Assembly (NCBI GenBank): GCA_002633005.1
Contig: NMRA01000141.1
Location: 607,609-671,608, forward strand
Length of the DNA stretch: 64,000 bases
Direction of reading: 5' to 3'
Source: Phoronis australis
Lineage: Eukaryota > Animalia > Phoronida
In this document: in pieces, positions 38,560 through 50,185 of the stretch
Layout: each line of letters opens with the position of its first letter
How positions within the stretch are numbered: position 1 is the stretch's first letter
The notes under the pieces: generated by a model
What the model saw: the letters and a program-made list of their open reading frames with translations, nothing else
Told to the model about the DNA's origin: nothing
The model's database searches: none
Program-made: the position numbers and the translations under genes

Positions 38560-39385
38560 TGTATTCAGTTAATGTAAAGCTGCTATATTCGAGTTTGACA
38601 AGTAAGGTGCTAAAATTCCAATTAAAAATCAAATATTTCATATTTTAGACATCAAAATGAATCACAATTTTTCGATTCTGCAGGTACAAAAAATCCCCCA
38701 AGCCACGTGTCCATGCATTCTCTAAAATAAAAAGTAATTGCAGGTGGTCTGATTCACATGGTACTGGACGTGCGCAGGTCACTCAGGTGCCCATTGCACG
38801 GATCACCGGGAACCATTTTTGGGCTTTATTAATTGTTAAAACTGAGCTGTGGAGGTGGAGACCTGACTCATGGGTATAGCAGTGCTGTCCAGTGGGACTC
38901 AAAGTCACGATCTTGCGTAAAAGGAGTGGCCACCTATCCCACTAGGCCAGACTGCCGCCTCTAGGCCACACTGCCTCCTCTAGGCCACACTGCCCCCACT
39001 AGGCCACACTGCCTCCTCTAGGCCACTCTGCCCCCACTAGGCCACACTGCCTCCACTAGGCCACACTGCCTCCACTAGGACACTCTGCCTCCACTAGGAC
39101 ACACTGCCTCCACTAGGACACACTGCCTCCACTAGGACACACTGCCTCCACTAGACCACCCAGAATTCTTTAGCACTAATAATGAAAATATTAATTAGTG
39201 TCCTCAGAAAAATCAAATCAGTGATTTTTGTTAAAGAATGCAAGGACATGTGGAGATTTTTTCGTACCTGGGTCGCAGATAATTTGTTTTGCTGTAGTGT
39301 ATAGCATTCCAAAAATCATACTAATTTGAATTTTAGCCACCTAATTCAACCAACTCGACTACAGCAGCTGTAATAAGTCATTTCA
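38560..39385. mobile_element. Long inverted-repeat element enclosing a SINE-like head and a minisatellite
   Basis: caggtacaaaaaatcc...cacgtgtccatgcattctctaa pairs with ttaaagaatgcaaggacatgtggagattttttcgtacctg; outer arms gctaaaatt / aattttagc also pair. Confidence 0.65.
38942..39154. repeat. 19-bp minisatellite, 11 full copies (ctaggccacactgcctcca)
   Basis: Units start every 19 bp from 38942 to 39132, plus a partial unit at 39151. Confidence 0.95.
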
Positions 39386-39677
39386 TTGTGTATCGTTAAC
39401 TTCTGAATTTTGTAAGCATTTTCTGAACATTCCAACAAGACAGGGCTTTCGTTGGCCTCATTTTGTCAGATTTTGTTTGGGGCAAGAGCAATAAATTGTC
39501 GCGGCCATCAGTCTTCTCAACATTAGCTCATGTTAACCACTGCAAATATCAGTAGGTGTTCTCCACTACTGGATATTTAGCTGGTATTGTGTAGTTTTGC
39601 ACGACCTTAACTGAGTGATGCTTTAGTTTTTTGTGTTGTGTCCCGCTTGACCCCGTACTAACGTTGGTTTGTTTTAG

Positions 39678-39809
39678 TGCTTTTTTGACTTGATGCGAAT
39701 TATGTCAGAGCGAAAGATGGCCGCCTCAGGCCAGTCGACGCGTCGCCACACGGAGCAGAAAGACACGGATAAAAAGCCTAAAAAGAAACGAAAGTGCACC
39801 CTACTGTGA
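39678..39809 (+). CDS. RALA: Ral terminal exon 4a (proximal), CAAX = CTLL
   Basis: Branch point tactaac and acceptor gttttag; phase 0; CFFDLMRIMSERKMAASGQSTRRHTEQKDTDKKPKKKRKCTLL*. Confidence 0.85.
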   Translation, partial: CFFDLMRIMSERKMAASGQSTRRHTEQKDTDKKPKKKRKCTLL

Positions 39810-42800
39810 TTTCTCTGCATTTTGAATGTTATAGTGTTGTATGACGAAGGTACTAACCTGGGTTTGGGAAAATGAGCATTGAAGCTTTCATTTCCTCAGA
39901 GACCTGTCCTTCCCATTGCCTTTCTGAAACTCCTATATTTGTTCATTTTACCCTCTCTCAGCCTTGTCTTGTATCATTGTGTCTTCGAGGCTTTTCTTGT
40001 CACTCTCTGGGTGTTGCGGTGGAACTTCTTTGTGCTGTTTCTACCTTTGCATGTGTGTTCCTTATGTGGTGATAGACTCTCTTGTTTACCTGCTCAGTTC
40101 TGTCTGCTTACTTGATAGGTAATTGTAACCTTTTTTGAATTTTCAAAAACACAACATTCACATATTATGTAACGTGTCTTTATGTTCTGTTAAACCCATG
40201 ATATGTCTTTAAATTAGCTGTTTACCGGACAGATTGGTTGAAATTTCACACATTCATATTATGGTCGTGGTCGAGGGAATCATTTTTCAGATTTCTGTTT
40301 TTTTTTCCGGGACATGAGTTCCACGGCTAAATACAAAGTAATTACTATGAAGATATCGGCTAACGAAAATGATGGTTTGGGCCAATCTTTTAAAACAGGA
40401 ATAAGATTTTGGTGGGTGGTAGCTCAGTTTTTGGGAGAATGTAATGGTATGAGGCACGGTTTGTTGCACACGGACATTAAGAATATAGAGTTAAAACACT
40501 GTTGGCCACAGCTTCATAGTTTCTTTCAGAAATTCAAGTTCAGAGCAAAAATGAAAAATTTCCATCACATATGATTGTGCGACATTTTCAATGGAGGATA
40601 CAGAAATTATACACTTTCATGGGTTGAAAATGGATGGTTAAAAAGTTATTGAATGAACCGTCAAAAGAATTCATGAAGGTTAATTTATTACCTTTATTGC
40701 TATGCCTATTCATTGATTCATTAATAGTTTAACCTCTTTATGCGCTTTCTACAGCAGTGAATAGTTTTAATACTAGCACAAAATCAATCTCCAACTCGCT
40801 GCTATTGATGACAAGAGTACAATCATCTTCATCCTACACTCTAAGTAAATTAATGGTGGTCTCATTTACATAGATATTAGTCTGCTTAGCTTCCAACAAC
40901 TCGAGTGTGATCTCATCAGTCAGCGTGAAGTAGCTTTTATTTTTTGCAAAAGTTCCAAGGGTCTAAGCAAAAAAATTCCGCTTGGTCGCAGGCTATTAAA
41001 TTCAGAATCAGTTGTATGTAAAACATTTTGAAACCAGCTGTGTTTGGTTGACACAGGAATTAACGAGGTTATCATACTTAATATCAGATTTAAGAATATG
41101 ACATTGACTGAAGGTTGCATTACTCCTTCAAAATATTGAAATGAAATTATCAAACACTACAGTTTGACTACAAATATACTATGTCTCATTTAAATCATGA
41201 GTATTCAAATTTGTATCAAGCGCCTCCTATTGACTTCCTGGAGAACTGTGTGTAAAGAAACAATTTGTAAAGAAATTGCAGAAAATTATACCACAACTGA
41301 TACACTTAAAACAAGTTTGAACTTACAAAAATCCTAGCAATTATAAATATTACGCAATTGTTATTTGATAGTGAAATCAACAATTAATAAAAATTGTTTT
41401 GCGTTCAAGGCGTAAGGTCTTAGTGTGTACAGAAGCTGAAGGCCACCAACAACTGAGGTCTAGCTGCTTGACCGACCGACACTCCTTCTGATGATCACAA
41501 TAAAAGTATTTGAATTTTGTTATATAATTTTATTTTGCCGTCACCTTGGACATCATTCAGTATCATGCCATTTTGCATCTCTAGTAGTGCAAATTCTAGG
41601 TATTTGCACACATTTCTTGTCCATATTTCACAGGACGACACGGAATTCTTGGGAAACCCCCACAGGATTGTTGTTACCCTAATGAAAGAAGGCACAGTTT
41701 TTATTATTTGTTTATTTCACTGTCAAATAACAATTGTGTAAAATTTGGAATTACTTGGGTTTTTTTAAATGCTCATTTTTGTTTTTAAGTGAATTAGTTG
41801 TGTTGTTTTCTTTAAAACTGCATTTATTTACAAATTGTTTCTTTTCCTGATTATACTTGTACTCACTGTTCTCTCAGAAGTCACTAGCACTTGCTACAAA
41901 TTTGAATATTCACGGTTTTAATGAGACGGAGCATATTTAAATACCTTGTTCACGCGAACCTGGTTATTAATATTAAAACCCATTTGAAGGTTCAAACTCT
42001 AAACCTGTTTTTTTAAAAGTTGTAACTGTAACAGGGTTATAACCCTCTCTGAGGGTGGTTTAGCAAGGTGTTAGTACCGTTTTAAGTGTGCGAACACAGA
42101 AGTTACAGAAGCATTAAACCACTGGATGACCATGTCGTTAAATCTCCATGGAAGTAATGAAGCGCAGAAGCAGTAACACTGACCTCTAGTGGCCGAAGCC
42201 ACAAACCAGGGTTACAACAGTTATAACTGTCAGTGTGAATGATAAATATGGCAGTTGAAACTATTGAAAGAGTTGGTGTGAACTCAGCTAATGCCTGGTC
42301 ATGGTGTTGACATTGTATCATAAGTCACACTTCTTTCACAACCAGTAAGGTACTGCTGCTGAAAGGTATATTGAGTACTGCTTAGGTAACATGGCTATTA
42401 CCTTGGGACATCCTGTTTCTCACATTTGCTAGTGTCTTAGTCTTGTGTTGTTTTGGGGTTAATAAATGGCTTCATTCTGATTTCATCTTACTTCAGTTTT
42501 GGTCATCTTTGACCCACCAATGTAGAGTTCACTATTATATAGCACTGTAATACTGTCATGGCAAGTGAAGCATCCAGAATGTGACTATTATTTCATAACT
42601 TCTATTATTATGTCTTTGTTATGAGCTTGTCACGTAATACTTAGTAATAATAGCATGTTTGCATTGCATTGTGTTGTCCTATTAACCAGTATTTCAACCT
42701 GCCAGTTATTGTTTGATCTAATTTGGACTGTCTTTGTCCATATTGCCTTTTGGTGGGTAGGTTACGTCAACAGATGTAGTTACTATTCATTTCATGTTTT

Positions 42801-43862
42801 GTCAAAGCTTACAATTTCCTATTTTTTAATGCCGTTCTATCTCAATTAACGTTTTTTCATGTACGGAGATATGTGTTTTACTGTTTCCGTTTGAAAATAC
42901 CAATTTAGTGCACTGTTGGCATGATGGGAAATCCTGTTGTGTAACAGGGAGCTTTAAAGAATTGTGCCTTTTATTTAATTACAATAATTTTTTCTAACCT
43001 TTCTGTGACGAAATATTCTTGCTGGCAGCAAAAATCTAACTCTGTGAAAGTCACGAGATTCTTCACAATTGAGGTTTTCAAATTGCATGATATTGTGTAC
43101 AGTATTCATCGGGGTTATTGCCTATGGTGGTTAAATTTGGAAATTCAAGAATCTGGATGGCCATGGGGATTCGACATTGGTCATTAATGCTAACAGCAAA
43201 CTGTTTCAAACAAATGGCTTCACCATTGTTTTTGCTCACAAGTACTCTAATGCCTGTGAGCCAAAAAGAACCATTTCGCATCTCCTTCAATCAGCAAGTA
43301 GTGGATATGCAGTGCTTAGCCTAACGATAGTGGCGCCACCGTTAGGCAGTATCAGCATGCATCCTCAGTGTAGAAGTGTAATGTGATCATTATAAAACAG
43401 TAGAACAGTGTAAGGGATCTAAAAGATTTGATGAAGAAAACAAAGAAAATACAAAACTTAGGCTGTTGACAAGGTTATAATTTCACCTCAGAGTTGCTGG
43501 GTGGCTAAGTTACTGGAATCAGTTAATGTATTAGTTCTTTGGTTAAAACTGTAGTGTATTCTGTAGAACAAGTTGTTACAAGTAAAGCAAGATCATGCAG
43601 GCGAGTGTTTCGCAAGTTTGTACGTAACCTTACTAGCGAAATGGTCGCCTCTGAAATGACTGGTCAGTGAGACTGGAATGTTGAATTATGTTCTGTAAAA
43701 GCAAAGACCTCTCATTGCAAGTGTTTGGTGAATGTCTCGTATTACGGAACACATCCTGGGTTTACCCACCATGCAGGTCACTTGTGCCTTTCCTACTCTC
43801 ATGATTTCTTGTTGTGTCGGTGTGATATTTATTACAAATGACATGGTGTTCTTGATTTTCAG

Positions 43863-43976
43863 GTGTTTTTCGATTTGATGAGAGACATTAGAAAACGGAA
43901 AGAAGAACCGACGAATCAGGCAAATGCAAATAAAGATAAAAAGAAGAAAAAGAAAGCAAAGTGTGTTATACTGTAA
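43863..43976 (+). CDS. RALA: Ral terminal exon 4b (distal), CAAX = CVIL
   Basis: Acceptor attttcag; phase 0; VFFDLMRDIRKRKEEPTNQANANKDKKKKKKAKCVIL*. Confidence 0.92.
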   Translation: MFFDLMRDIRKRKEEPTNQANANKDKKKKKKAKCVIL

Positions 43977-45122
43977 TACAAAATGTGTGTTATACTGTAA
44001 TGAATAAGTAAGACTCACATGACATTTAATGGAGAGTAGGCAGTAATGGAATGTCCTACCCAAGTATTTACGTTTGCCAACCATAAATGTGACAGGTATC
44101 TTAGACGATGTTGTACAAAACGAAGTATTCTTCTTTGTCTTGGAAATCACAGGTGAGCACTTGGCAGACAGAAGTCTTTGTGGAAAGTCGACATAGCTCT
44201 CCTTCCGAATCGGTACTTTGTTGGTAACTTGATTTTGTGTGACGGGCAATTCCTGCGGACTCTGGTTAATTAAGCGCATTACCTACCAGTGGCGCTGAAC
44301 GTTGCTATTCTAAACTTAAAAAGTGGAAGTTAACGATTTGGTTTAATTCCTCGTAAGACATTAAGCTGGTTTGATGGCACCGTGACGTCCATGAGTGTAG
44401 CAATGCTTAAGGGCAAGATCCTTCAATTTGGGAGTTAATGGTGGTAGTGTACTTGAGTTTAATTTGCCATGTTTTTCATCAAAATGTACAGTTAAGTTGT
44501 ATTGGTTTGTACTGTGCTTCTGTTGTGAAACAAAAGGATGAAATTTGGAACTACCAACACAGAACTGTGTACGGAGTGACTCTTTGAATGTGGGAAGTGG
44601 GCGTGCAGTAACCTTGTTTGTCTGAAAGTGAAGAATCTTAGATTTGCAAGTCGGTGTTTTTGTATTTGTGGGATAGTGCATGCCTGTATTTAGAAGCTAG
44701 TCTGTTCGCACTATTTCAGGTATAATGGCCTTTGGTTAACGCTTTCACATAGCCACTTTTGAAATGTTTGCTCAATGATGTATGTGTATATAAAAAATCT
44801 AGTGCTTAAAGTTAAAAAATCTTTGTTTTCCAAATTACTATCAAAATCATAAAGTTTGAAACAAAAACTTTTGGCAGATATGAGGTTAAAGCAGCAAGAC
44901 TTTCTAGAATTATTTGTGGCTTATGCAACTTATAGTGAGAGAGCTTAGAAAAATCCTTGGGAGTTCTAGACTGTCAACTTCATGTCAAGTGAAAAATAAG
45001 TAACCCCTTTATGTATGTTTGTATCTATATTATATTACTATACTATGAATGATTAATTTATATATGTGTTAATATAAGTATATAATGCAGAACCTCTGTT
45101 GGTTGTTTTATTTTGAGGTCGC

Positions 45123-45918
45123 TACACACCTTATTCCCGCTGTTGCCATTTAAGTGAGGCTCTTTTTAAGTTTTAAAAACGATGTGTTCTGCGCTAAATT
45201 ACACTGCAAAGCGTGATTTTTTTGCGGGCCTTGTTACATTTATTTCTCACATCAACTGTAATGTGTTATGACACCACCGGTTAGTAACACAGGGTATGTA
45301 ATTATTTTGATGTTACATGGGCAAATCACAAAATAGTGCAAAGTACAAATCCATACGCCTTACATTTTATCGTCTGCAAAACGCTAAAACAACCAAACGC
45401 GCGCCAACCACACAATGCCGGAATTCCAAGGTGACAAGATTATGATTGACAAATCGGGTGTCGCAACTGTACGTATTCCCAGTTGGAAGGATATGCAAAC
45501 TACTTCTTAAATGGACCCACCTTCGGCGGCGAATTCCATATCCACGTTCATTCAAACGGAGACGAACCCCAACTCAAACGCGGCGAGACTGTCTAGCTGT
45601 CGACTTATTTATAAACATTTTTTAAGTTTTAACATTACAACTTCAAAGACTATTCATTAAATTCTAACATGAATATTTGCTAAGAAAGCTGAATGCAATT
45701 TGTTAAGCTTAAAATAAAACTATTAACTGAATTACTGTACATTGCTCAAGCTTTACAAAAGTTACGTCGTGTGGAAAGCCTCTGGATTTTGACGAAATTT
45801 CCAAGAGGTTTTGCCCATATCATAAGCCTGAGACTCGTGTAAAATTCTCAAATGCATCGTTTTTTAACCTAAAAAAAGGCTCACAACTAAAATGGCGACT
45901 GCGTGAATAAGGTGTATA
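45123..45918. mobile_element. Non-autonomous TIR DNA transposon downstream of Ral
   Basis: TIR acaccttattcccgctgttgccattt vs aaatggcgactgcgtgaataaggtgt. Confidence 0.75.
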
Positions 45919-46418
45919 AGTCGTCTTTCCATAATGCAACTTCGAGAGGTCGAACTTCCTGAGCAACATGAGCCATTGTTAAGTGGATGATATGATTGAC
46001 GCCTTTTCACATTACGCTACAATAAGACAATTGCTTTCTTTTTTCACTCTTCGATACTCAAGGAGGATAACTGTGTGTCCAATATTTGGTCCGTCAAGTC
46101 CCTGAAATTCCATCACAGCCAGTTTGCATTGTGTTTGACACNTCAAATGCATCGTTTTTTTAACCTAAATGGCGACTGCGTGAATAAGGTGTATAAGTCG
46201 TCTTTCCATAATGCAACTTCGAGAGGTCGAACTTCCTGAGCAATATGAGCCATTGTTAAGTGGATGATATGATTGACGCCTTTTCACATTACGCTACAAT
46301 AAGACAATTGCTTTCTTTTTTCACTCTTCGATACTCAAGGAGGATAACTGTGTGTCCAATATTTGGTCCGTCAAGTCCCTGAAATTCCATCACAGCCAGT
46401 TTGCATTGTGTTTGACAC
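45848..46418. repeat. Tandem ~280-bp duplication across a single N (probable assembly artefact)
   Basis: 45848-46141 matches 46143-46418 apart from one indel; the junction is the n at 46142. Confidence 0.85.
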
Positions 46419-47777
46419 ATTTGCCAAGACACAATCACCATCATCACAAAGGTAGACCAGAGCATGATCTGTCAGTACAAATGTGTTGAAAATGCAAACT
46501 AAGTATTGTACCTGGAATGCATGAGTGTAAAGTTCAGCGGTTTTAAAAAACTAACAGTTTTTATACAGTCAAACTTCATTACAATGTAACATCTTTGGAA
46601 CGTTTTATCGGTGTTAAAACAGTGATAAAATGTACAAACTTCAAAGGCCCGATTTTACCTACATGTACTTTATTAGTAACAAGACACAGTCATTTGCAAT
46701 GGACACCTTTTGACGATTACTTCGGTATCAAGTTAAAATTTTCCGTCTGTAGTGACACTCAGCCATTTTTACAACGAATAACGGCCTACTTTGCAACCTT
46801 GTCTGAAGAACGTTCACATGCACACGCATCTGCATCGTTTGAGTTGTACAAATTTATAGGCCATACTATTGACTACCAAGGAAGTAGAAACCTAGTTCTA
46901 GGGACTAGGCAACATATTAGATGGCTGTCCTTTTCATTACAATATTCTTTACCACCGACTTTAGACACTGCAGACTACAAAAACTAAATCCGTCATTGGA
47001 AATTTAACTTTTCTTATTGTGTGATCAGCAAACATCGGTTAATTGCAGAACAAAATGGAAATAATCAGCATTGCAACTGCTGTTCCTTTGTTAATATGTC
47101 CCAACCTCTACTGTGTAACCTGTCTGAGCAACACACTGGGGTGACTTAACATAAGTACATGTACACCACCGCTTATCACAGTGACCTTAATACCCCCAAA
47201 GAATGCAGTGAAATTTGATTGGTGGAGTGTAGCATGGTCAACCAATAGGGTGGCAGCACAATACATTCATGCATAAGCATTACTAACAGCCATTCCTAGA
47301 GGCTGTGTTCCAGTCTCCAAACAGTCATTAAAGTAAATACTTGTGGTCTGTGCTATTAGATCTCAGCCACTACGGATCATTCAGAGATAACACACGCAAA
47401 ATGTTCTGTAGTGTAGCATGAATTCATGATAGATAATGTACGAAAATTTATTTTGGTTATTTGTTCTTCGTTGCGTGGAAAAGGTGAAAAAACCCATTGT
47501 GACAGGCTTGTGGATGAAAAATCACCAACAAATTATCTGTCTGAGGGTTACAACAGTTTGAGAAATCCCATAAACCCCAAACTGTCGCAATAAAACAGTG
47601 TGTGATTCATGTCTGCACAAACTGCAGCAATTTGAGGTTTTTGACAGTTTGTACAACAGAACAAAATGTAAATCGTAGCAATAATGGTTTGTGTTTTGAA
47701 GGTCTGTGCAATCTGTCACAATTTTTAGATCACAGTTTGTAGTCCAACAGTGTGCAGTAGTTCTTCAAGAGAATTTA

Positions 47778-47945
47778 TCAGACATTCACAGAATTAGTCC
47801 TTTTGTTATCCATTTCACTGTTTTCCGAATTCTTCACCATATTTCCCTCCAAATCAATGGCAAAATTATAGTCACTGACAGAATCAAGGGCCTTTTCAAT
47901 AGCTGCGTCCAAGTTCTCTTCACTAATATAGTCCTTTGCAGCTTC
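47778..47945 (-). CDS. MRPS26: Mitochondrial ribosomal protein mS26 exon 4 (terminal)
   Basis: Acceptor cttgtag; EAAKDYISEENLDAAIEKALDSVSDYNFAIDLEG...*, matching the mS26 C-terminal pattern FIT.ENL...E.ALD....YN.AI..EG. Confidence 0.9.
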   Translation of the reverse strand, partial: EAAKDYISEENLDAAIEKALDSVSDYNFAIDLEGNMVKNSENSEMDNKRTNSVNV

Positions 47946-49037
47946 CTACAAGAGGAAAAAGACATGACTTACATGATCTGCACAATCAATTAATGAATCA
48001 TACATATCGCCGATAATCATATGACTAATGTTACAACCAGCATCTCAAATTGAGCTGAATTTTTGTGATAACACTATGACTTGTTCTTTAAATCTTTCCC
48101 TTAAAGCCTAGCTTCAATGGAATTTTGTTATTTTAGATGTACTGGACTAACCAGGTACTCCAAGCAAAGCCTTAGCAAAATAAGAAAACGTGAGTTTAAT
48201 CATGCAAATGTAGGCCCGTCAAATGATAGGTGAAGCTGCCTTTTTACATCACATTGCGTCACTGCGAGATCCCTGCACAAACAAGAAAAGGTCGATAACA
48301 CTTGTATTGAATAGGGGTATGAATAGAACACCATTGTGTGTGGGTATTATTCACAGCTGTTTGAATTAAAAGGTGATTCTTGCCGTGACGTAGACAAAAG
48401 CAAACCAATACGCCTAACTATTCGCTACATTTGACAATTTATGGAACTAGTGGGCTCAAAGCGATGCTCTTAATATACTATAGGCTCCAAATTTACAAGT
48501 GTTACCGTTCAAGATAGACTTTAAGCATCATTTGGTATTATTGTTTTGCCCCAGAGAACACCTAATACATCTCAAAAGAATGACCTGTTGGTAAAATAAA
48601 TTAATTGCCACTGTATATGAAATGAATACTTATTGGGGTGCTATTTTGGGTATACACTACATCAACATTTTATCATGAAGTCCAGGAATTGAAGCTGTTA
48701 AGGTATATCGTAACCTAAACTGGTACAGCAATAGGTTCCAGGATTGTCACTCATTCACAAAAGTTTAGAACTATCTTTGACAAACTGTTGACATACATGT
48801 CATCAAGTGTATAAATTGCAACCGGGGTCACTTAAGCTGAAAAACCAGTTATGGAAATTTGAAAATAGTAAGCACAGGCACTGATAACACAGATGCTTTG
48901 ACCACTTAAAACAACCCCCAAAAGGAATCACAGCTGGCTGGCTTCAAAACTGATCTGCTGCGCACAAATCTGAGTTACGTACCTTTGTAAGACAGCTACA
49001 ATCAATTATTAAACCAAGACAAAGATCCCAGGTATAC

Positions 49038-49161
49038 CTGAACAAGTCTGATTCTTTGCCCAGCCTCTAGCTTCTGTTGCTCCTTTTCTAACTCCAGTCT
49101 TTCCAGATCTTCCAAATATTTCTCTTCTCTCTCTTTCTGTCTGGCAAGCTGCCTTTGTTCT
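49038..49161 (-). CDS. MRPS26: mS26 exon 3
   Basis: Acceptor tatctag, donor CAG|gtatac; charged helix EQRQLARQKEREEKYLEDLERLELEKEQQKLEAGQRIRLVQ; phases consistent. Confidence 0.85.
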
Positions 49162-49359
49162 CTAGATAAAAGCAGTCATAAAACAAGGGTTAACTGAGAA
49201 TATTTTAAATTCACCGTGCACCAAAACGATCTAACACGTTAGCAGGTTTAATAAACACCAAATCAAGTAAAGAACAAAAATGTGCTAATCATGACATTTC
49301 GTTTCATGTCTTTTTGAGGCACGAAAATCAATTAGATGGGTGAGCATGGTGCTTTCATC

Positions 49360-49871
49360 AACAAAAATGAATCTGTAACTGAATATCAAGAACAATGAAT
49401 TTTTTAACTGTTTATCAAGAACAATGAATCTGTAACTGTTTATCACGAACAATGAATTTGTAACTGTTTATCAAGAACAATGAATTTGTAACTGTTTATC
49501 AAGAACAATGAATCTGTAACACTGTTTATCAAAAACAACGAATCTGTAACTGTTTATCAAGAACAAAGAATTTGTAACTGCTTATCAAGAACAATGAATC
49601 TGTAACTGTTTATCAAGAACAATGAATTAGTAACTATTTATCAAGAACAATGAATTTGTAACTGTTTATCAAGAACAATGAATCTGTAACACTGTTTATC
49701 AAAAACAATGAATCTGTAACTGTTCATCAAGAACAGAATTTGTAGCTGTTTATCAAGAACAATGAATCTGTAACTGTTTATCAAGAACAATGAATTTGTA
49801 ACTGTTTATCAAGAACAATTTGTAACTGTAACACAAACAACCTTTCAGGAAATTCATTGTTCGTGATAAAC
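49360..49871. repeat. ~28-bp minisatellite (aagaacaatgaatctgtaactgtttatc), roughly 16 copies, plus one inverted partial unit
   Basis: Direct tandem units 49360-49830; inverted partial unit aattcattgttcgtgataaac at 49851-49871. Confidence 0.95.
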
Positions 49872-50047
49872 TTTTTAATTATGAAAGCATTATGCTACCC
49901 GTCCTGTTATCAAACAACAAAATTTTCATTTTTTTCATAATACTCTCATCTGCCTTTGTTCTCAGTGAAATTTTTATAAAAACACAAGGTTTGCAATTAT
50001 GAGATTTGATTGATCTTGGAATGCACATCATGGAGTAATGAAGCAAC

Positions 50048-50185
50048 CTCATGAGCGCGATGTCTTCGTTCCACTTTCTGTTTATCTCCAACAGACGTTG
50101 ATGTTCTTCCTTCTCCCGATGGTCACTTTCCATGGCTTTCACTCCAGAATTGTCCTCAGACTGGACATCCTTGGCGAACAGTTGG
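50048..50185 (-). CDS. MRPS26: mS26 exon 2
   Basis: Acceptor tttccag, weak donor AG|gttgct; QLFAKDVQ...EEHQRLLEINRKWNEDIALMR resembles mS26 EH..L...N...N......R. Confidence 0.85.

Noticed and set aside
38942-39154. CRISPR-like periodic repeat
   Set aside because: Contiguous units without unique spacers, eukaryotic context and no cas genes; the same applies to the 28-bp array at 49360-49830
41634-41741. Possible third Ral terminal exon after tttcacag (DDTEFLGNPHR...)
   Set aside because: It lacks the xFFDLMR helix, a polybasic tract and a CAAX box
43686-44279. Longest ORF in the track (197 aa, minus strand)
   Set aside because: Antisense to Ral exon 4b and its UTR; its hydrophobic stretch is the complement of the poly-Lys codons; no recognisable domain
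45848-46418. Apparent double right end of a transposon
   Set aside because: Explained by an assembly overlap at the n at 46142
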